Shown here: one piece after another, positions 1-13,700 of the stretch
How the letters are laid out: each line of letters opens with the position of its first letter
How positions within the stretch are numbered: the stretch's first letter is position 1
Assembly (NCBI GenBank): GCA_001179505.1
Contig: CDMY01000256.1
Coordinates: 1 to 64,000 of the forward strand
From: Vitrella brassicaformis CCMP3155
Taxonomy: Eukaryota; Protista; Chromerida
DNA: 64,000 nt
Direction: 5' to 3'
Program-made: the position numbers and the translations under genes
The notes under the pieces: model-generated
Databases searched by the model: none
What the model was told of the DNA's origin: nothing
Seen by the model: only the letters and a program-made list of their open reading frames with translations

Positions 1-1455
1 TGCGAGGCGAGAGTGGGCAGAACATGTTGAGCGGCACACAGGTGGTGCAGCCGGCTGATGTGGACTGTGGATCGCTCGACTGCAAGCTTGGCACTTGCCG
101 GAAGGATTTGTCCCTGTTGTGGGGCTGGGAGCGGTCTAGCTCTTGTCAATCGCATGGGCCGTGCTTCCCTGAGGGTCGTGAATTCCCTCTGCACTGTTTC
201 GAGCCGTGCTTCAAGGAGGAGCTGGAGGGTCTCCGCGAGGCGTCGCAGAATGGCACTGGATCCGAAGGTGACGACAGAACGAGTAAGAGGGCGGCCGTGT
301 ATTATGGTTGTTTCCTTCTTTCTGCTGCAGAAATCTTTGGTATCGAAGTGTACGATCTGTGTGCCCCTCGTCCTGAAGATGTCACTATTCCGTCGGCTGC
401 GACTCGCAAAGAAAAGATAGCAGGTGGCACAATTCCAAAAGACAATCGCAGGAAGCCGCGTAAATTTGGCTTATCGAAGTTCATGTGTTGGGTGACGAGT
501 GGTTTCAAGTCTGGTGGGTGTTGATAGACGGAATATCAGTAGCCAACTCGCCTCTTGCATGAGTCTGTCGTTGGTTTAGTTTTGATTCATTGCGTGTCTT
601 GTCTGTCTCTCTCAGAGAGGGGGCATCCAATCAGTGTGTCTCCTCTGGAGGGAATACGCCATCCAACCAGCTGCATTATTCATGTCCTTTGCTTTGCCTG
701 TCAGGTGCCCGTTTACCTGTCTGTGGTCCCTGTGCCAGAGAAAGCCAGATGTGCGCCCTGTTTAGCCTTCCATTTTGGTAAGTGGACCTTAGTGCATCGA
801 TGCAGCGAGTTTACTTGACCTTCCCTTTAGACCTGTCAGTATCTGTCGATATCGGTCTGATAGAGTCGAGTCGGTCCCTCAATGTGATGTATGCATTGCA
901 GCGCGTGCATGAATGCATCTAAATCGAGAGGAAAAAAAGACCATCCATCGATTCATCATACTCATCCACACATCCATCCATCCCATCGATCCGCCCACCG
1001 ACCCGACCCCGCCACCCAATCCCAATGCACCAGACCAATCCAACTCATTCGCCCGCATGGACGCACCAGCTCGCCGCATGCACGGCACCAGAAAAACACC
1101 ACTACATACGTACGATAGATAGATAGATAGGTAGATAGACACACACACGTACAGCAGCACGGAGTCAGGCGGGCAGACATTTAGGGATGGGTGGGGGGGC
1201 GTATGGGGGGTCCGATCTCACAATCACTCACTCACTACCAAATATCACGCTCATCACATCACCTCACATAGCATCACATATGTTCTCTGTCTCCCTGTAT
1301 GTATAGATCGCTGTCTGTCCGTCTGCTCATTTTTCACGCAGAGGGAGTGGAGGGTGGGGGCAGGAGGGTAATACGGCTCACTCACTCACTAGGTGCACTC
1401 ACTCTCAGACTCGACCGACTGACTCGATCTACCCGCCAGCACATCAATCAGTCAA

Positions 1456-2746
1456 TCATATGAACGTGGGTTGGCCGTGGCCATTGGTGCGGGCGTATCG
1501 CTTCGGGTCGGCCGCGGGCACGCGACCGATCATCACGGCCACCTCTGACACACACGACGACAAAGTGCATATCCGCTGTGAGTGTGTGGCGGTGTGTCGG
1601 TGTACTCACTCTGCTCACCGAGAACATGGCCGTGTTCCTGTGCGATTCGTATGGCGTCGATGACCTCGGTCGAGTTGGAACCCCGACGGAGACCGGTCAG
1701 CCGACGCTCGTCCAACGCATACAGCTTGATCTCATACCTACAATCACACCAACACACCCAGCCACACCACCCACACTTTCAGGAGCACACTCTCCTCCTG
1801 ACGAGAGTGTGTGTATGTGTGTTCTCACCTGTGGACGCCATGAGGTGGGCATGGTCCGCCTGACAGACAGATGAGTGTCACACACCAGGACAAAGACAGA
1901 AAGGGGGCAGATGGTGCTTGCGCATGCCGTTCATTCCCCGTCGTCTGTTTCTCACCGTAGCCGTATGCATCCTTCCCGAACTTAAAAAAGTCGTTGGTGC
2001 CTTGATCGAAAGGCTCATCTCCCACCATGCTCGCATCGCCCTCAGGCCTGATCACACAGCACACACACAACGAGCCATTTACCTCTCCCCGCTTCTCTGC
2101 CTGCCTGCCTGCCTGCCTGGCTGTGTGTGTGTGTGTGACTGACCTGATGGGGGGTATTCTCTCTAGTGTTGGCGGTATGTTCCAGACCAGCCAGTGGTAA
2201 AATAGGTGGTTGCCCGACTGACCCTCGCCCCACGGGGCATCCAAATCCTGCACATCCATCCATCCATCCATCGCACACACGACATCTGTGTGCGGCTGCG
2301 ATTGATCTGTGACTTTGGTGTGGTCGTTATGTTACCCTCATAATGAGGACAAGTGATTCGGTGCCTGATGATACACAAACAGACAGTGCGGCCTCAGATC
2401 TGTCTGTCTGCGGCCTCTCTACCGTCGGGGTACTGGAACCAATGCAGCGGCAGCGTCTGGTTGAGGCCGTAGCATGTGTATCTGTCGGGAATTCGGCCCT
2501 CGCTGATGAAGGCCGGGCTCTTGACCACCATGTACCTGAGCGAACACAACGGACACACAGCCAAAGCAGGCTTCTTCCCATTGGATCTCGACCCGCTCGC
2601 TCCTCCCCCGCTCAGCTCAGCTGGTGCGTGTGGTGATCTTCTTTCTTCATCTCCTCTCACCCCGCGTCAGCTGGCAGCGCGAGAGCCAGCGCGATAGCTG
2701 TGTAGACTACATGGTGTGTGGTGCTTTTCCTGTTTTCCCTGTTCAT
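1456..2746 (-). CDS. Secreted PEBP/Raf-kinase-inhibitor-like protein, YbhB/YbcL (bacterial-type) family, multi-exon
   Basis: Spliced exons give a signal-like N-terminus MNRENRKSTTHHVVYTAIALALALPADAG, then VKSPAFISEGRIPDRYTCYGLNQTLPLHW, QDLDAPWGEGQSGNHLFYHWLVWNIP, YGYGGPCPPHGVHRY and IKLYALD. These are the hallmark YbhB/YbcL motifs. GT-AG introns checked in phase where examined (e.g. 2048-2143); stop TGA at 1456-1458. Confidence 0.9.
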
Positions 2747-2889
2747 CCCTGCATCAGCCGCACCCTCACAAACGAAAAAACTAACTAGAAAGAGGGACTC
2801 TCTCTCCAAGCTCGCAGTGCGTTTGTGGAGATCTGCCAAAGGTTGATTTGCAGTGAGGGAAGGGAGGAAACAGACAAGAGGTGACACGC
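2747..2889. promoter_or_regulatory. Putative bidirectional promoter between PEBP and HPR genes
   Basis: Head-to-head start codons 143 bp apart. Confidence 0.5.
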
Positions 2890-5800
2890 ATGGAAGCCGT
2901 CACGAGACTGCGCCCTCCCGCGCCCTCGTCATGTTCCCTGCCCCCTGTATGCCATCGTCGTTTCGGCTTCATGGCCACCAAGCGTGCGAAGCGGCAGCAG
3001 AGCGGCCTGGACCTCCCCAATCATCCCAACGTCATGACGCCAGAGCAGCTCTCCAATGCTATTCGTGTGGCCTCTCAGCGGCAAGTCACCGACCCGCATC
3101 TATGGGAGGATCTGACGCACCGGGCCCTCTTTCTCTGCAGCACCCTCGAGCCGCGGCATCTCGCATTCATCGCCAATGGCTATGCCCGGCGAGGCCCATC
3201 GATTCCCTCTGACCTGTTCGAACGCATGGCTGGCCGGGCAGTGGAGGTCATCGATCAGTGCAAGCCGCGTGACATCGCCCTGCTTCTGAACGGCTTTGCC
3301 AGGCTGCAACTGTGCCACCTGGGGCTCTTGAAGGCGGCGAGTGAGTCCGTGCGGACCAGGGGCGACTTATCGCAGTGGTCGGAGCAGCACCTGGCGCTGG
3401 TTGTCAACGCGTATGCTCGGTGTCAGTGCCGTGATCTTGCTCTGATGTCCTTCCTGGGTCGGCATATTGCCACTAGAGCGAGTGAGCTGTCCCCCCAGGG
3501 CGTGGCCAACGTGGCCAATGGGTACTGTCGGCTTGACCTGAGGGACACGGCTCTCTTTCGCTCCCTTGCCAGCCGGGTGGTTGCCATCGCACAACGCATG
3601 ATCAGCCAGCTGCCGTCGACAGCCACTCAGCGCGACCCCTCGGCCGACTCGGCATCGGTGTTCTCCGCGCAGCACATTGCCAATGTGCTTCATGCCTTTG
3701 CCCAGCTGGACCTCAACGATCCCCTGGTGTTTGACTCACTGTCCCGACTGGTTCCCCACCTGATCGCCACGAAGCAGCTCTCGCGGCCCCTCGAGCTGGC
3801 GGCCACTGCTCACGCCCTGGGGCGGGCAAACGTGACGGACCGGCCATCTGCGGCTGCCCTTTCCAGGGCCGTGGAGGCCCACGCGAGCCGTTTCACCCTG
3901 GCGCAGCTGGCCGCGGCGCTGCATGGCCTGACACGCGTGATGGGCGCGTCCCCGACAGACGTGCGCAAGTGCTGCGACGCCTGCGTGCCGGTCGTCATGC
4001 AGAAGCTGCGCGATAGGGAAAAGGGGAGGGAGGAGGGGGGCGAGGACGGCATGTGGGGCATGGGGGGCTACCCACAGTCGGTGTTCCTCTTGCTGTGTGC
4101 GTACACGCGTCTCGAGCAAGGCGATGCCGGGCTGCTATCTGTCCTCTCGGGGACGCTGGAGCGAATGTTGGAGGACCCCAGTGTGCCCGACCAGCTGGGC
4201 GGAGCGGGGTTGGTCGGATCACTCCATGCTCTTGGTACACACGAAGCACTCGGCAATGTGTCGTCAGTGCGTTTCTGTGTGCTGTTCAGGTCGCGGCGGC
4301 ACCCGGGATTCCGTCACTGACCGGCTGATGGACATCATTGTGTCGCGGGATCCCTCGCGGCTGACAGCCCAGCAAGTGTCCAACCTCTTTCTCACTCTGA
4401 GCAAGCTGCGAGCCGTCGACCGCACCGACCTGCTCGACCAGCTGTGCGTCACCCTCATCAGCAGGGGAGCTCCTGGTGGTGTTGGTGGTGATGATGGTGC
4501 CTCACCGTCGCCGCCCTTCGAGCCTCTTCACCTGGCCAACATCCTCTTGGCCATCACCCAGCTGGCCGGCCCCAAGTGGACGCCCCCCTCATCTGTCTTG
4601 ACCCGACTGACCGACCAGGCGACCGCGGTGCTGTCACATTTCACGCCTCAGCTGCTCGGAACCGTCAGTTATGCGCTTGGTGAGCTCGAGTGTGTGGAGG
4701 CTACATCGTGGTTCGCCGCCATTGCTGAGAGGGCCAACATCCTGCTGGAGGGGCAAGGCGGCGACAAGAGAGGCGGCAAGAGGGGCGGAGGAGTGCCGAT
4801 GCCGTCGGTGCGGGTGCTTGCGGCCATGAGCTCTCTTAGGATGGCGCACGAGGAGACGTACATCACTTTAGTGCACAACGTGGTGCCGCACCAGCTGCCC
4901 GGCCTGACCCTGCCGATACTCTGGCAGCTTACGGCGGCCATCAGCCACGCGATCATTCATCACGGCTCCTTCAAGCCTCTTGCTGACGGCGCTGGGAAGG
5001 TGGTGTTGTCGCCTGCTCTGAAGGCATGCTTCGGCACCGCACTGAAGAGCATCGGCCGCGACCTTCTGGAGCGAAGCCGTGAGCTGAGCCTGGAGAGCTT
5101 CTGGGCTTTTGCGGAGCTGTTTCATCGCGTCGGTGTGGTCCCGCTGACGCCGCCTTTCGACATAGTCGCGCTGCATCCAGAGATCCCGGCTGCTCTCAAG
5201 ACACTGGTGGACTCACACGGGCACCCCAAGCCAACGAGCGACCCTTCGAAGCTCTGGGCGGGCGACCTATACCAGCACCTGACGGAGATCGCTATCAAGT
5301 CTGCTTCGACCGAGACACACGGCCTGGTCGTGGCCAGTGGCGAGAGCGGCCCGGTGACGGAGCCGATGGCGTCTGACATGCTCACAAGCATCCTTAAAGT
5401 CCACCTTTCCGATGATGCGGCGATTCGTGTGGTGTCGTTCTTCATGCGCTACGCCGAGCTCTATCAGTCCGCGCGGCTGGGGTCCAAGGGGCCGGTGGGG
5501 GGCATCCTGGACGAGATCACTGACGCCCTCGTGCCCCGGCTAGAGGTGTGTCACGTCAACGACCTGTGTGGCGTCATGAAGGCGGCCAGTGAGGGCGACA
5601 CGCAGGACGCGCGGCTCATCGTCAAGACGGCGCGGACCATCCGAGACCGGCTGGGTGCAGAGGGAGAGGGAGCGTCAGAAGTGAGTGCGGGGTCGCTGGC
5701 CGACCTGCTGGAGAGCCTCGACAAGGTGCGGCCAGTCATGGCCTACATCCGACGGAGAGGCAGAGAGGGCGCCGGGGGGAGGGGGGAGGGGTCGTTGCTG

Positions 5801-6769
5801 GAGGGCCTGGTGGCGGCCGTGGTGGCGTGTGTCGATGTCCAGCTGTCGAGAATCGTCGCGGATCTGCCGATATTGTGCCGCTTGCTGCCCCCTCTCATGG
5901 CCCTCGGCTCGCTGTCCGAGCACGTGTTGATTGCGGCGGCGGAGAGCGTCTCAGCGAGATTGATGGCAAAGGAGCAACCTCCGGCGGAGCTCTCCCGTGC
6001 GGCCTTGACTGTCGGCCAGTGCGTTGTGAAGCACCCCTCCTTCGCAGAGGCGCAGCAATCGGCTACCGAGCAACCCTTCTTTCGCCACCTGTCCACAACT
6101 GCTATGCACGTGTGCTCTTCTAGATGCATTGATGAGGCGGACGTCTCCACGTGCGTGGAGGCAGTGCTGCTCTTCGCCCCCCTGTCTGACGAGTCAGTGC
6201 ACTTGCGGTCAGCGGTATTGCGGCGGGGACTGAAGCGACTTGGTGACGAGGCGACGTCTGACATACGGCTGGGAGACCTCGCGGCATGTTTGGGGGCTGT
6301 GGCGCCCACCCTGTCTCAACTGACCTCTCCCGACCCCGCACAAGCCGAGCATGAGCATGAGTATGAGCGTGTCGATGTGATCCCCTCTGTGTTGGCGATT
6401 CTCACCCGTCTGGGGCAGCAGCATCGACTCCTGAAGGCCAGCGATGCATGCACGGCGGCCTACTGCTGTGTGGCGCTGCTCGACGTGTTGCCGCCCGCTC
6501 CCGAGCCCTTCACAGCGAGTGGCAGTGAGCAGCAAGTGGCGCACGAGCAAGGGAGGGACGTGTCGCGAGTGGAGGGACTGTTGCGGCAGATGCTGGCGGC
6601 CGCCACGTGGAAGAAGGGCGACATGTCGGGCGATGAGAAGGACCTGCTGGTGTTTGTGGCGAGCACTGTGCGGGCTGAGTATGGCCATTTGTATGACCGG
6701 CTGCCGCCCGCCGTGCGTCAGGCGCTGGCTGGTGTCGGCAAGGAGGGGAGAGGGGTCATTCGAGCATGA
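2890..6769 (+). CDS. Helical-repeat (heptatricopeptide/octotricopeptide-like) organellar RNA-binding protein, about 1274 aa, 2 exons (intron 4235-4289)
   Basis: Two long ORFs join in frame across a 55-nt GT-AG intron. Tandem 37-39 aa repeats include LEPRHLAFIANGYARRG, CKPRDIALLLNGFARLQ, WSEQHLALVVNAYARCQ, LSPQGVANVANGYCRLD and FSAQHIANVLHAFAQLD. The N-terminus is Arg/Ser/Pro-rich and presequence-like. Confidence 0.8.
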
Positions 6770-7777
6770 GATTGCGAGGTGGGTGGGCCGATGAGGCAGA
6801 CAAGCAGGATGCAAGTGCCGGAACGTCTGGTGTTAAATGGGCATTCGCCGATGGGTGCTGTCAATGGCGGGGGCTGGCAGCACCGAAGTCCCCTCCTGCA
6901 ACAAAACACCGAGAGGGTGAGCACACGATGGCCAGCTGACCTGACGATATGCTGTCCCTTCTGCATCCATGATCGATCAGGGCGCCGTTGGGTCAAGAGA
7001 GTGATTGATTTGATGGAACGGGTAGGGTGCGGCAGCGGGCGGGCTATATAGTGTGTGCAGATATATAGGCCTCTTCGCTTGGTGCAAAGACACATCCTGG
7101 ACGGATGCATGGATGGATGCGCGTGAATGGAAAAATGTGTGGATTCTGATACGACAAAGGAATGAGATAATGTGGATGCAGTCTCCTATGCATGGAAGCC
7201 GCCACTGACGTGAGTCTGGTTGGAGTTGCCCAGCATAACTTGGAAACGTCGTCGTCAGGTTTCTGGTCTGTTTCCTGTATCGCCTGACCTGTCTGTCGCT
7301 CCCTGGTTCCCTCCCTGGCTCCCTGGTTCCCTCCCTCCCTCTCTTTCTGGCTCCCTCCCTCTCTTTCTGGCCTGCCTATCTATCCACATCGTGATAGTTA
7401 TGTGCAGACAAACAAATACCAGTCAGTCGCTGGCTGGCTAGCTGGCGATTGATATGCATTAACTAACGAAGAGGACACACACACAGACAGACAGACAGAC
7501 TACTCACTCACTCACAGACTATGCGTGTGCTGCATGCAGTTGAAAAGGGTACGTTCGTACGTACCGTTGGTTGAGTCAGTCACTCAGTGAGTCAGTCGGC
7601 TTGATCGATGAAGACAGACAGAAAGCCATTAGGTGTCTTAATTAAGATGGATGAAGGATGAATGAATCGACCCATGCACTAGACACCTCACCTTACAGAC
7701 ATACACACACAGCACGAGTTAGACAGACGAGACGAGACGACGCAACACATCCCATCCATCCATCACCATCAATCAGC

Positions 7778-10700
7778 TCACCGCATGCAGCCAAAGAACC
7801 CCGCGACCCACTCCCCCGCCCGCTGCGCCTTGTCCACGATCCAGTCGCCCGCATCTTGCACCCTCTCCCTCGCCGTCGCCAGGGCGGCCATCGTCCTCAT
7901 GTTGGCATCCTGGCTTTCGGTCCTGACCTCCATCGCCCCAGGGAAGTCCCGGCTCGTTTGCCACAGCTCCCTCTCTCCTCGGTGGTAGTTGAAGTACCAC
8001 CCCGGCAGCACCACGGCGCCGGGGGGCAGCTGCACGACGGCAGCTGTCCAGGCCTCGAAGTGAAGGAGGGGCACGGCGGGATGCGGTGGGGGTGGGGCGA
8101 AATGGGAGAAGATGGGAGGAGGCGGCAATGGCAATGAGGGGTGGGGGTGCAGGGGGTGGGAGACGACCGGCAGAGGGACAGCAGCATTGTGGCGCACATA
8201 CATGGTGTGGTCGGCAGTATTCAAACCTGACGCACGCACACACACACACACACACACAGACAGACTACATGATTAGCTTGTCGACAGACAGACAGACAGA
8301 CAGATGGATCAAGAGAGGTGCTCATCCCATCCATCCATTGTTTGTTTGTTTATCTATGTATCTATGTATGTATGTCCCGTCCGTCCCCATTACATACAGA
8401 CATACACACATATCTGTCCCACCCACTTCATACCGTGTGTGGCGGTGGGTCCGTGGCTCTCGTGTTGTGAGACGTGCTCGTCTCCCGCCACCGCACCCTT
8501 GATGGTCTCGGCCGCCTGCTGGTGTAGCTGCTGCTGCTGCTGTAGCTGCTGCTGTAGAGCGGCCTCGGCCTCTTGCTCACCCTGGATGCGACGCAACTCC
8601 TATAACAAAGGATTGATTTAGTGGGACATCCACACACACACACACACACACACAACACACACAACAAACACGTGTGTGTTGTGTCGGCGCGGCGCACGTG
8701 TGTTGCTTGTCCGCCCACTCACTCACCCACATTACACGCACCTGCGCTCGTATGGTGTTCCGCTTGAGGCGGTCGAATGAGTTTCTTCGGCGCTTGTGGT
8801 CGTTGGCCAGCCGCAGCTGGTCGGCTTTGGCCCACCGCTCAGCAGCGCGGAAAGCTTCCTGGTTGGTGATGCTGAATGCCTCCAGGGCGGCCTCGGCAGC
8901 AGTGATCTTCTGCTCGGTGATGGCCGCACGGATGGAGTCGAGGCTGCTGTTGGTGGCCAGCCGCTTGAGGTCGTCGAGGCAGGCTCGATACCGGCCGTAG
9001 TCCATGGGCCAAGGGGTGTCGTCCTGCCCCTGCCGCCACTGGCTGTCGGTGCTGCCACTGGTCCAGGGGTGTGTGTGTGAGTATGCGTCGAGATAGAGGT
9101 CGCCGAGGTCGCCGGCGTGCTCCATGATCTCGTTGATCCATGTGAGGGGGCGGATGGGGTCGTATGTCGACATGAAGGTGTCGATGAGTGCACGGGGGAC
9201 CTCGAGAGCGTAGGCCTCCAGCTGGTCGTACAGGCCAATCGAGTGAAAGGGGAACAGCTCCGTCGGGCCGGGCCGCACCAGCTCTGCACACACATTCAAT
9301 TCATGAATTACACACACACAGCACAGCACAGCACAGAGAGAGGAGAGGAGAGGAGAGGCATTGGGTAAAACGGGTCGGGTCGGGTCGGGTCGCGGTGTGT
9401 GTGTGTGTAATTAATGTGGGTATGATTGTCCCTCCCCCCCTCACTCACTGACTGACTCAAGTGGCTCACTCACTCACTCACTCACTCACCAGTTGTGATC
9501 CAGGGCTGGGCGTATCCGTAGCGCAAATTGACCTTTTCGGTGTACTCGTACATCCCCTTGGGCCACCGAGGGCCCGCCGTCCCTTGGTGGTTGACCAGAT
9601 CGTTATCTGCACCAGCCAACCAACCAACACAATCACAATCACAATCACAATCACACCGCGAACATACGGCAGCAGAGGCTTCCTCTCTCTCTCCCTCTCT
9701 CCCTCCCTCCCTCCGTCACTCACCTCTGAGATCTATGACCAGTGGTGGCGTCTTCATGATTTTCTCCTCCTCCCTGGCAGCCGCCTCTCCCCTCTGCTGT
9801 CGCGACTCCTGACGCCGCTTGGCGTCCTGCTGGTCCTTGGCTGATGGCGGCATGGGCTCCTCGTCACACCGGGCCCACGTTCGCTCCCGCCGCTCTTTGT
9901 CGTCGGCCACCTGCTCGTCACGCGACTGCCGAGCCCTCTCATGGGCCGAAATCAGCGAGTCGCGAAGGCGGGGGTCCTCGAGGCAGCCCCACTCAGCCAG
10001 CTCGATGCCTGGAGGGTCGGGTGGGTCGACGCACGCACGCACACAGACAGACAGACAGAATCTCCGTCCATGTGTTTGGGTTTGGTGGGTTTGGTGTGCC
10101 GGTAGGTACCTACCTCTGAGGTCCAGGTTGGTGAGGTGGAGGTTTTGGGATGCCCAGAAGAGGAAGTCCATGAAGCACTCCTCCTTCTTCCGCCCCGTCT
10201 TGACACTAGGACCAGCAGAGTTGTGATTCAGTCGCAGACGCCTGGGCCATAGATACATACATATCGATCACCAACCAACCGGTTACCGAGGAGGGAAGAA
10301 CATAATTAATGGATAGATAGATGGATAGATGTGATGTCTGTCTATGTGGTTGGATGGATGGATGGATGGGTGAGTCATGCAGTGTGTGTGTCTATGATGT
10401 ATGTATGTTATGTGCGTGCGTACGTCCGTACGTACGTCCCGGATGTACTGTCTGCTGGGGTTCTGGTGGAGCCCCGACTGCAGGACTCTGAAGATGTCAT
10501 GGGGCGGGTTGCGGCTGAGGTCCAGGTCACAGATCAGACTACGCCTCAGAAGCTCCTCCAACGATTTCTGAATCAACACCACACGCAACCAGCAATTAAT
10601 TGTATGTATACGTAGGACGTACGCCTCGCGCAGCGCATTCACTTCTGAGCTGGCTGAGTGAGCTGAGGAGACCTGACTGACTCACTGACTGACGTATGCA

Positions 10701-13700
10701 TGTACCTCTATCTCTCGTCTGTAGTGCTCCGAGCCGCTGGAGTGGACCAGGGCCCCACTGAGGTCCAACACATCAAGTTGCGCGCCGCTGATGCCCTGGC
10801 GGACAGACAGAAAGACAGAAAGAAAGAAGAGACAGACACGCACACACACAGGCGGATGATACGATCGATACACACGCGTCAACGAACGTCAGAGTGTATT
10901 GACTTGACTGCATTGACTGACTCCTTACATACCCTGATGAGTGCCGTAATGCCAGGATACGGCGCATCGACCCCAGACAGCCTCAGCTCCCTAACACACT
11001 CACATACACACATATGCACACACATGCACACACAGAGGCGCCATGTAGAGACCGCCAGTCGTCCATCCCCTCCCTCCCTCCCTCCCTGCCACCCACCTGA
11101 GTCGGGTGAATGGGTGTGTGCACAACGCATTAGGGGCTTCTCTAGGGTCGCCATTCGATGGGCCTGCCCTCGGTCTGCTGACGTTGTCGCCCTCTTTGCT
11201 GAGGCTCCTGTGGCTGAGGAGGGCCCCAAGGCGAGCGAGGAAGGACTCGGTCAGATGGGTCTCACTGGAGGAGATGTCGAGGATCTGGAGGTCTGGAAGG
11301 GACGCTAGGGCGTCGGCGAAGCGACAGGCCGTGGCCCTGGGCAGCCACCGCAATTCGAGACCTGGGTAGACAGACAGACAGACAGACCATCAGTCAGTCA
11401 GTCGAGCCATTCAAGATTGCATCTCTCTCTGGCCAGGCCAGGCCAGGCCAGAGATCTATGGAGGGCTCGACCGGACCCACCCGTTAATTAATGAATGACA
11501 TTCACAGCTAGCTAGCTAGCTCACCAGGCATGACCATCGACTTGAGCCGCTTGGCGACTGCGATGTAGGCGACGAACTCTGTGAGCTCGTAGGGGGGCAC
11601 CGACTCTTGGTGGCCGCCGCACAACGTCAATATCTCCTCGGGCGCTATCCTACACACACACACACACACACACAGGGCGGCACATCACATTCATTCAGTG
11701 TAGCAATCTGTGGGTGGGTGTTGCGCGCCTTCCTTTGGCATGGACGCACCGCACCTTCGCAGTGTGTGCATGACCCAGTTGGGCAGGTTGGGATTGACGG
11801 TGACGTACGGCGCCAGCAGCTCGCGAGTTGGGGAATGCGGGCCCGTCTTGCCGTGAAGCGGACACAAGCTGCATGCGCCAACACACACGTACAAACTGTA
11901 CCCACGCTGTGCACTGAGGTGTGTGTGTGTGTGTGTCGGTCTGACGTGTCGTACCCGGTTTGGAGGGTCCGGCACGTGGCTGCGAATGTGCTGACTTGGA
12001 TGGCGGGCATGGCCTGGGGGCCGGCGTGCTCGTAGATCAGACGTCGCACCTGCTGCGCGCACAGCAGCTTGACCAAGTTGCACTGCACACATGTATCACA
12101 TACGTCACATGACATGACATGACATGAATGCATGTGGGTGTGGTGTGTGGGCGGGCAAACATGCCTCTTGGTTCTGTCGTTGGGCTCGCTGACGCCACAC
12201 AGCGATTCGGTCGGCCTCGTCACGCAAACTCCGCTCCAGCCCCTCTGGCAGACTCACCTCCTGAAGACACACATACACACCACACCCACACCGACATGAA
12301 TGCATTCATGTCAATGCATTCATGTCGGTGTCTGTGTACTGCATATACTAGTCGTCAGCGCCTTGACTGACTCGACTCACCTACCTACCTTGAGTACGGC
12401 AGCCAGGTTGGCCTCCTGCACGTACTGCAACACATACGCACTGTTGTTCCTACACACACACACACACACACACACAGCCAAAGAGACAGACAGACGGGCA
12501 TCAATCGCATCAGTCAGGCAGACAAACGGGTCATCCATCCATCCATCAGTCATCTATCTCATCCCGCCCGCCTGCTTGCTTACATGTTGAGCAGTCCCCG
12601 GCCCCCATACTGCTCCTGTGTTGCGGCCGTCTCGGACGTCTGGACCACGATCCTGTCGTTGAACTTGAACCACGGGCCCCCAGGGCCTTGGGGGCGAATG
12701 AGTGCGTAGTAGTGGCCGCTGAAGATCTCCCCCTGGTGGACCAGCACCGCGTGCAGATGGTATGTGGAGAGCGAGGGGTCGGCCGCCGGCATGATGGACG
12801 AGAGGTCGAGGGTGGCGGGGTACTCGAACCTGTCGTTGACCTTCTCCATGTCGAACGCTCCACTCTGATGATACATAAGGAATAGATGGATGGATGGATG
12901 GATGAATGGAGAGGGAGAGGGGGAGGGGGAGGGGGAGGGGCCAACATTATCTGCTGGTGTCTGTCTCTTTGTCTGTGTGTCTGTCTGTCTGTTGTGTTTG
13001 GGTACACACATACATACCGCGTTGATGATGTCCCTGAAGCGCTTGAGCTGGAAGCGTAGGACGGCGGGGAGCTTGCGGAAACTGCAGTCAATCAGTCACA
13101 TACATACACACAAGAGGGAGGGAGGGAGGGAGGGAGGGATGGTGCGTGCACTGCGCAGAACCGCACCACCTTCTGTCTACTCACTCACTCACTCACCGTA
13201 TGCGTCTCTTGGCCTTCTGTCTGCCGTGCTGGTGCCCGGCATCATACTTGTTGACGCCATCGAGTATCTCCTCCTGCACACCAAACACCACACACACCCA
13301 CAGGGGCGGGCGCACAGAAGGTATGTATGTATGTGTCCCTCCCTCCCTCCCTCCCTCCCTCCATGTGTCAGTCAGGTCAGTGCCAATCAATCAATGTCTG
13401 TATTCATGTGTGTGTGTGTGTGTGTGTGTGTACCTCGGTGTACTTCTTGATGGACTGGTGGAGGTCTTGCATGCCCTCGACGTTGAGGGGGACGTGGAGG
13501 AAGGTCTCCGTACGGCGCGAGGTCAAGCACACATCGACGCAGTCTGTCAGCGTCTCTATCTCACCTGACACAGTCACACAAATAGACAGACAGACAGACA
13601 GACGTACACAATGAATGAATGCACCCACCCTCCTTCCTTCCCTTCATGTAATCAATCCCCTCCCTGTGCACTGCACTGCACTGCACTGCACTGCACGTGT

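Noticed and set aside
24-524. 166-aa ORF at the window start
   Set aside because: No recognisable motif or splice support; cannot be called.
7290-7372. Short CCCTGGTTCCCT / CTCCCTCCCTCTCTTTCTGG duplications
   Set aside because: Local slippage minisatellite with no further structure.
7531-7538. ApiAP2-type TGCATGCA motif
   Set aside because: A single occurrence between convergent 3' ends, expected by chance in this composition.
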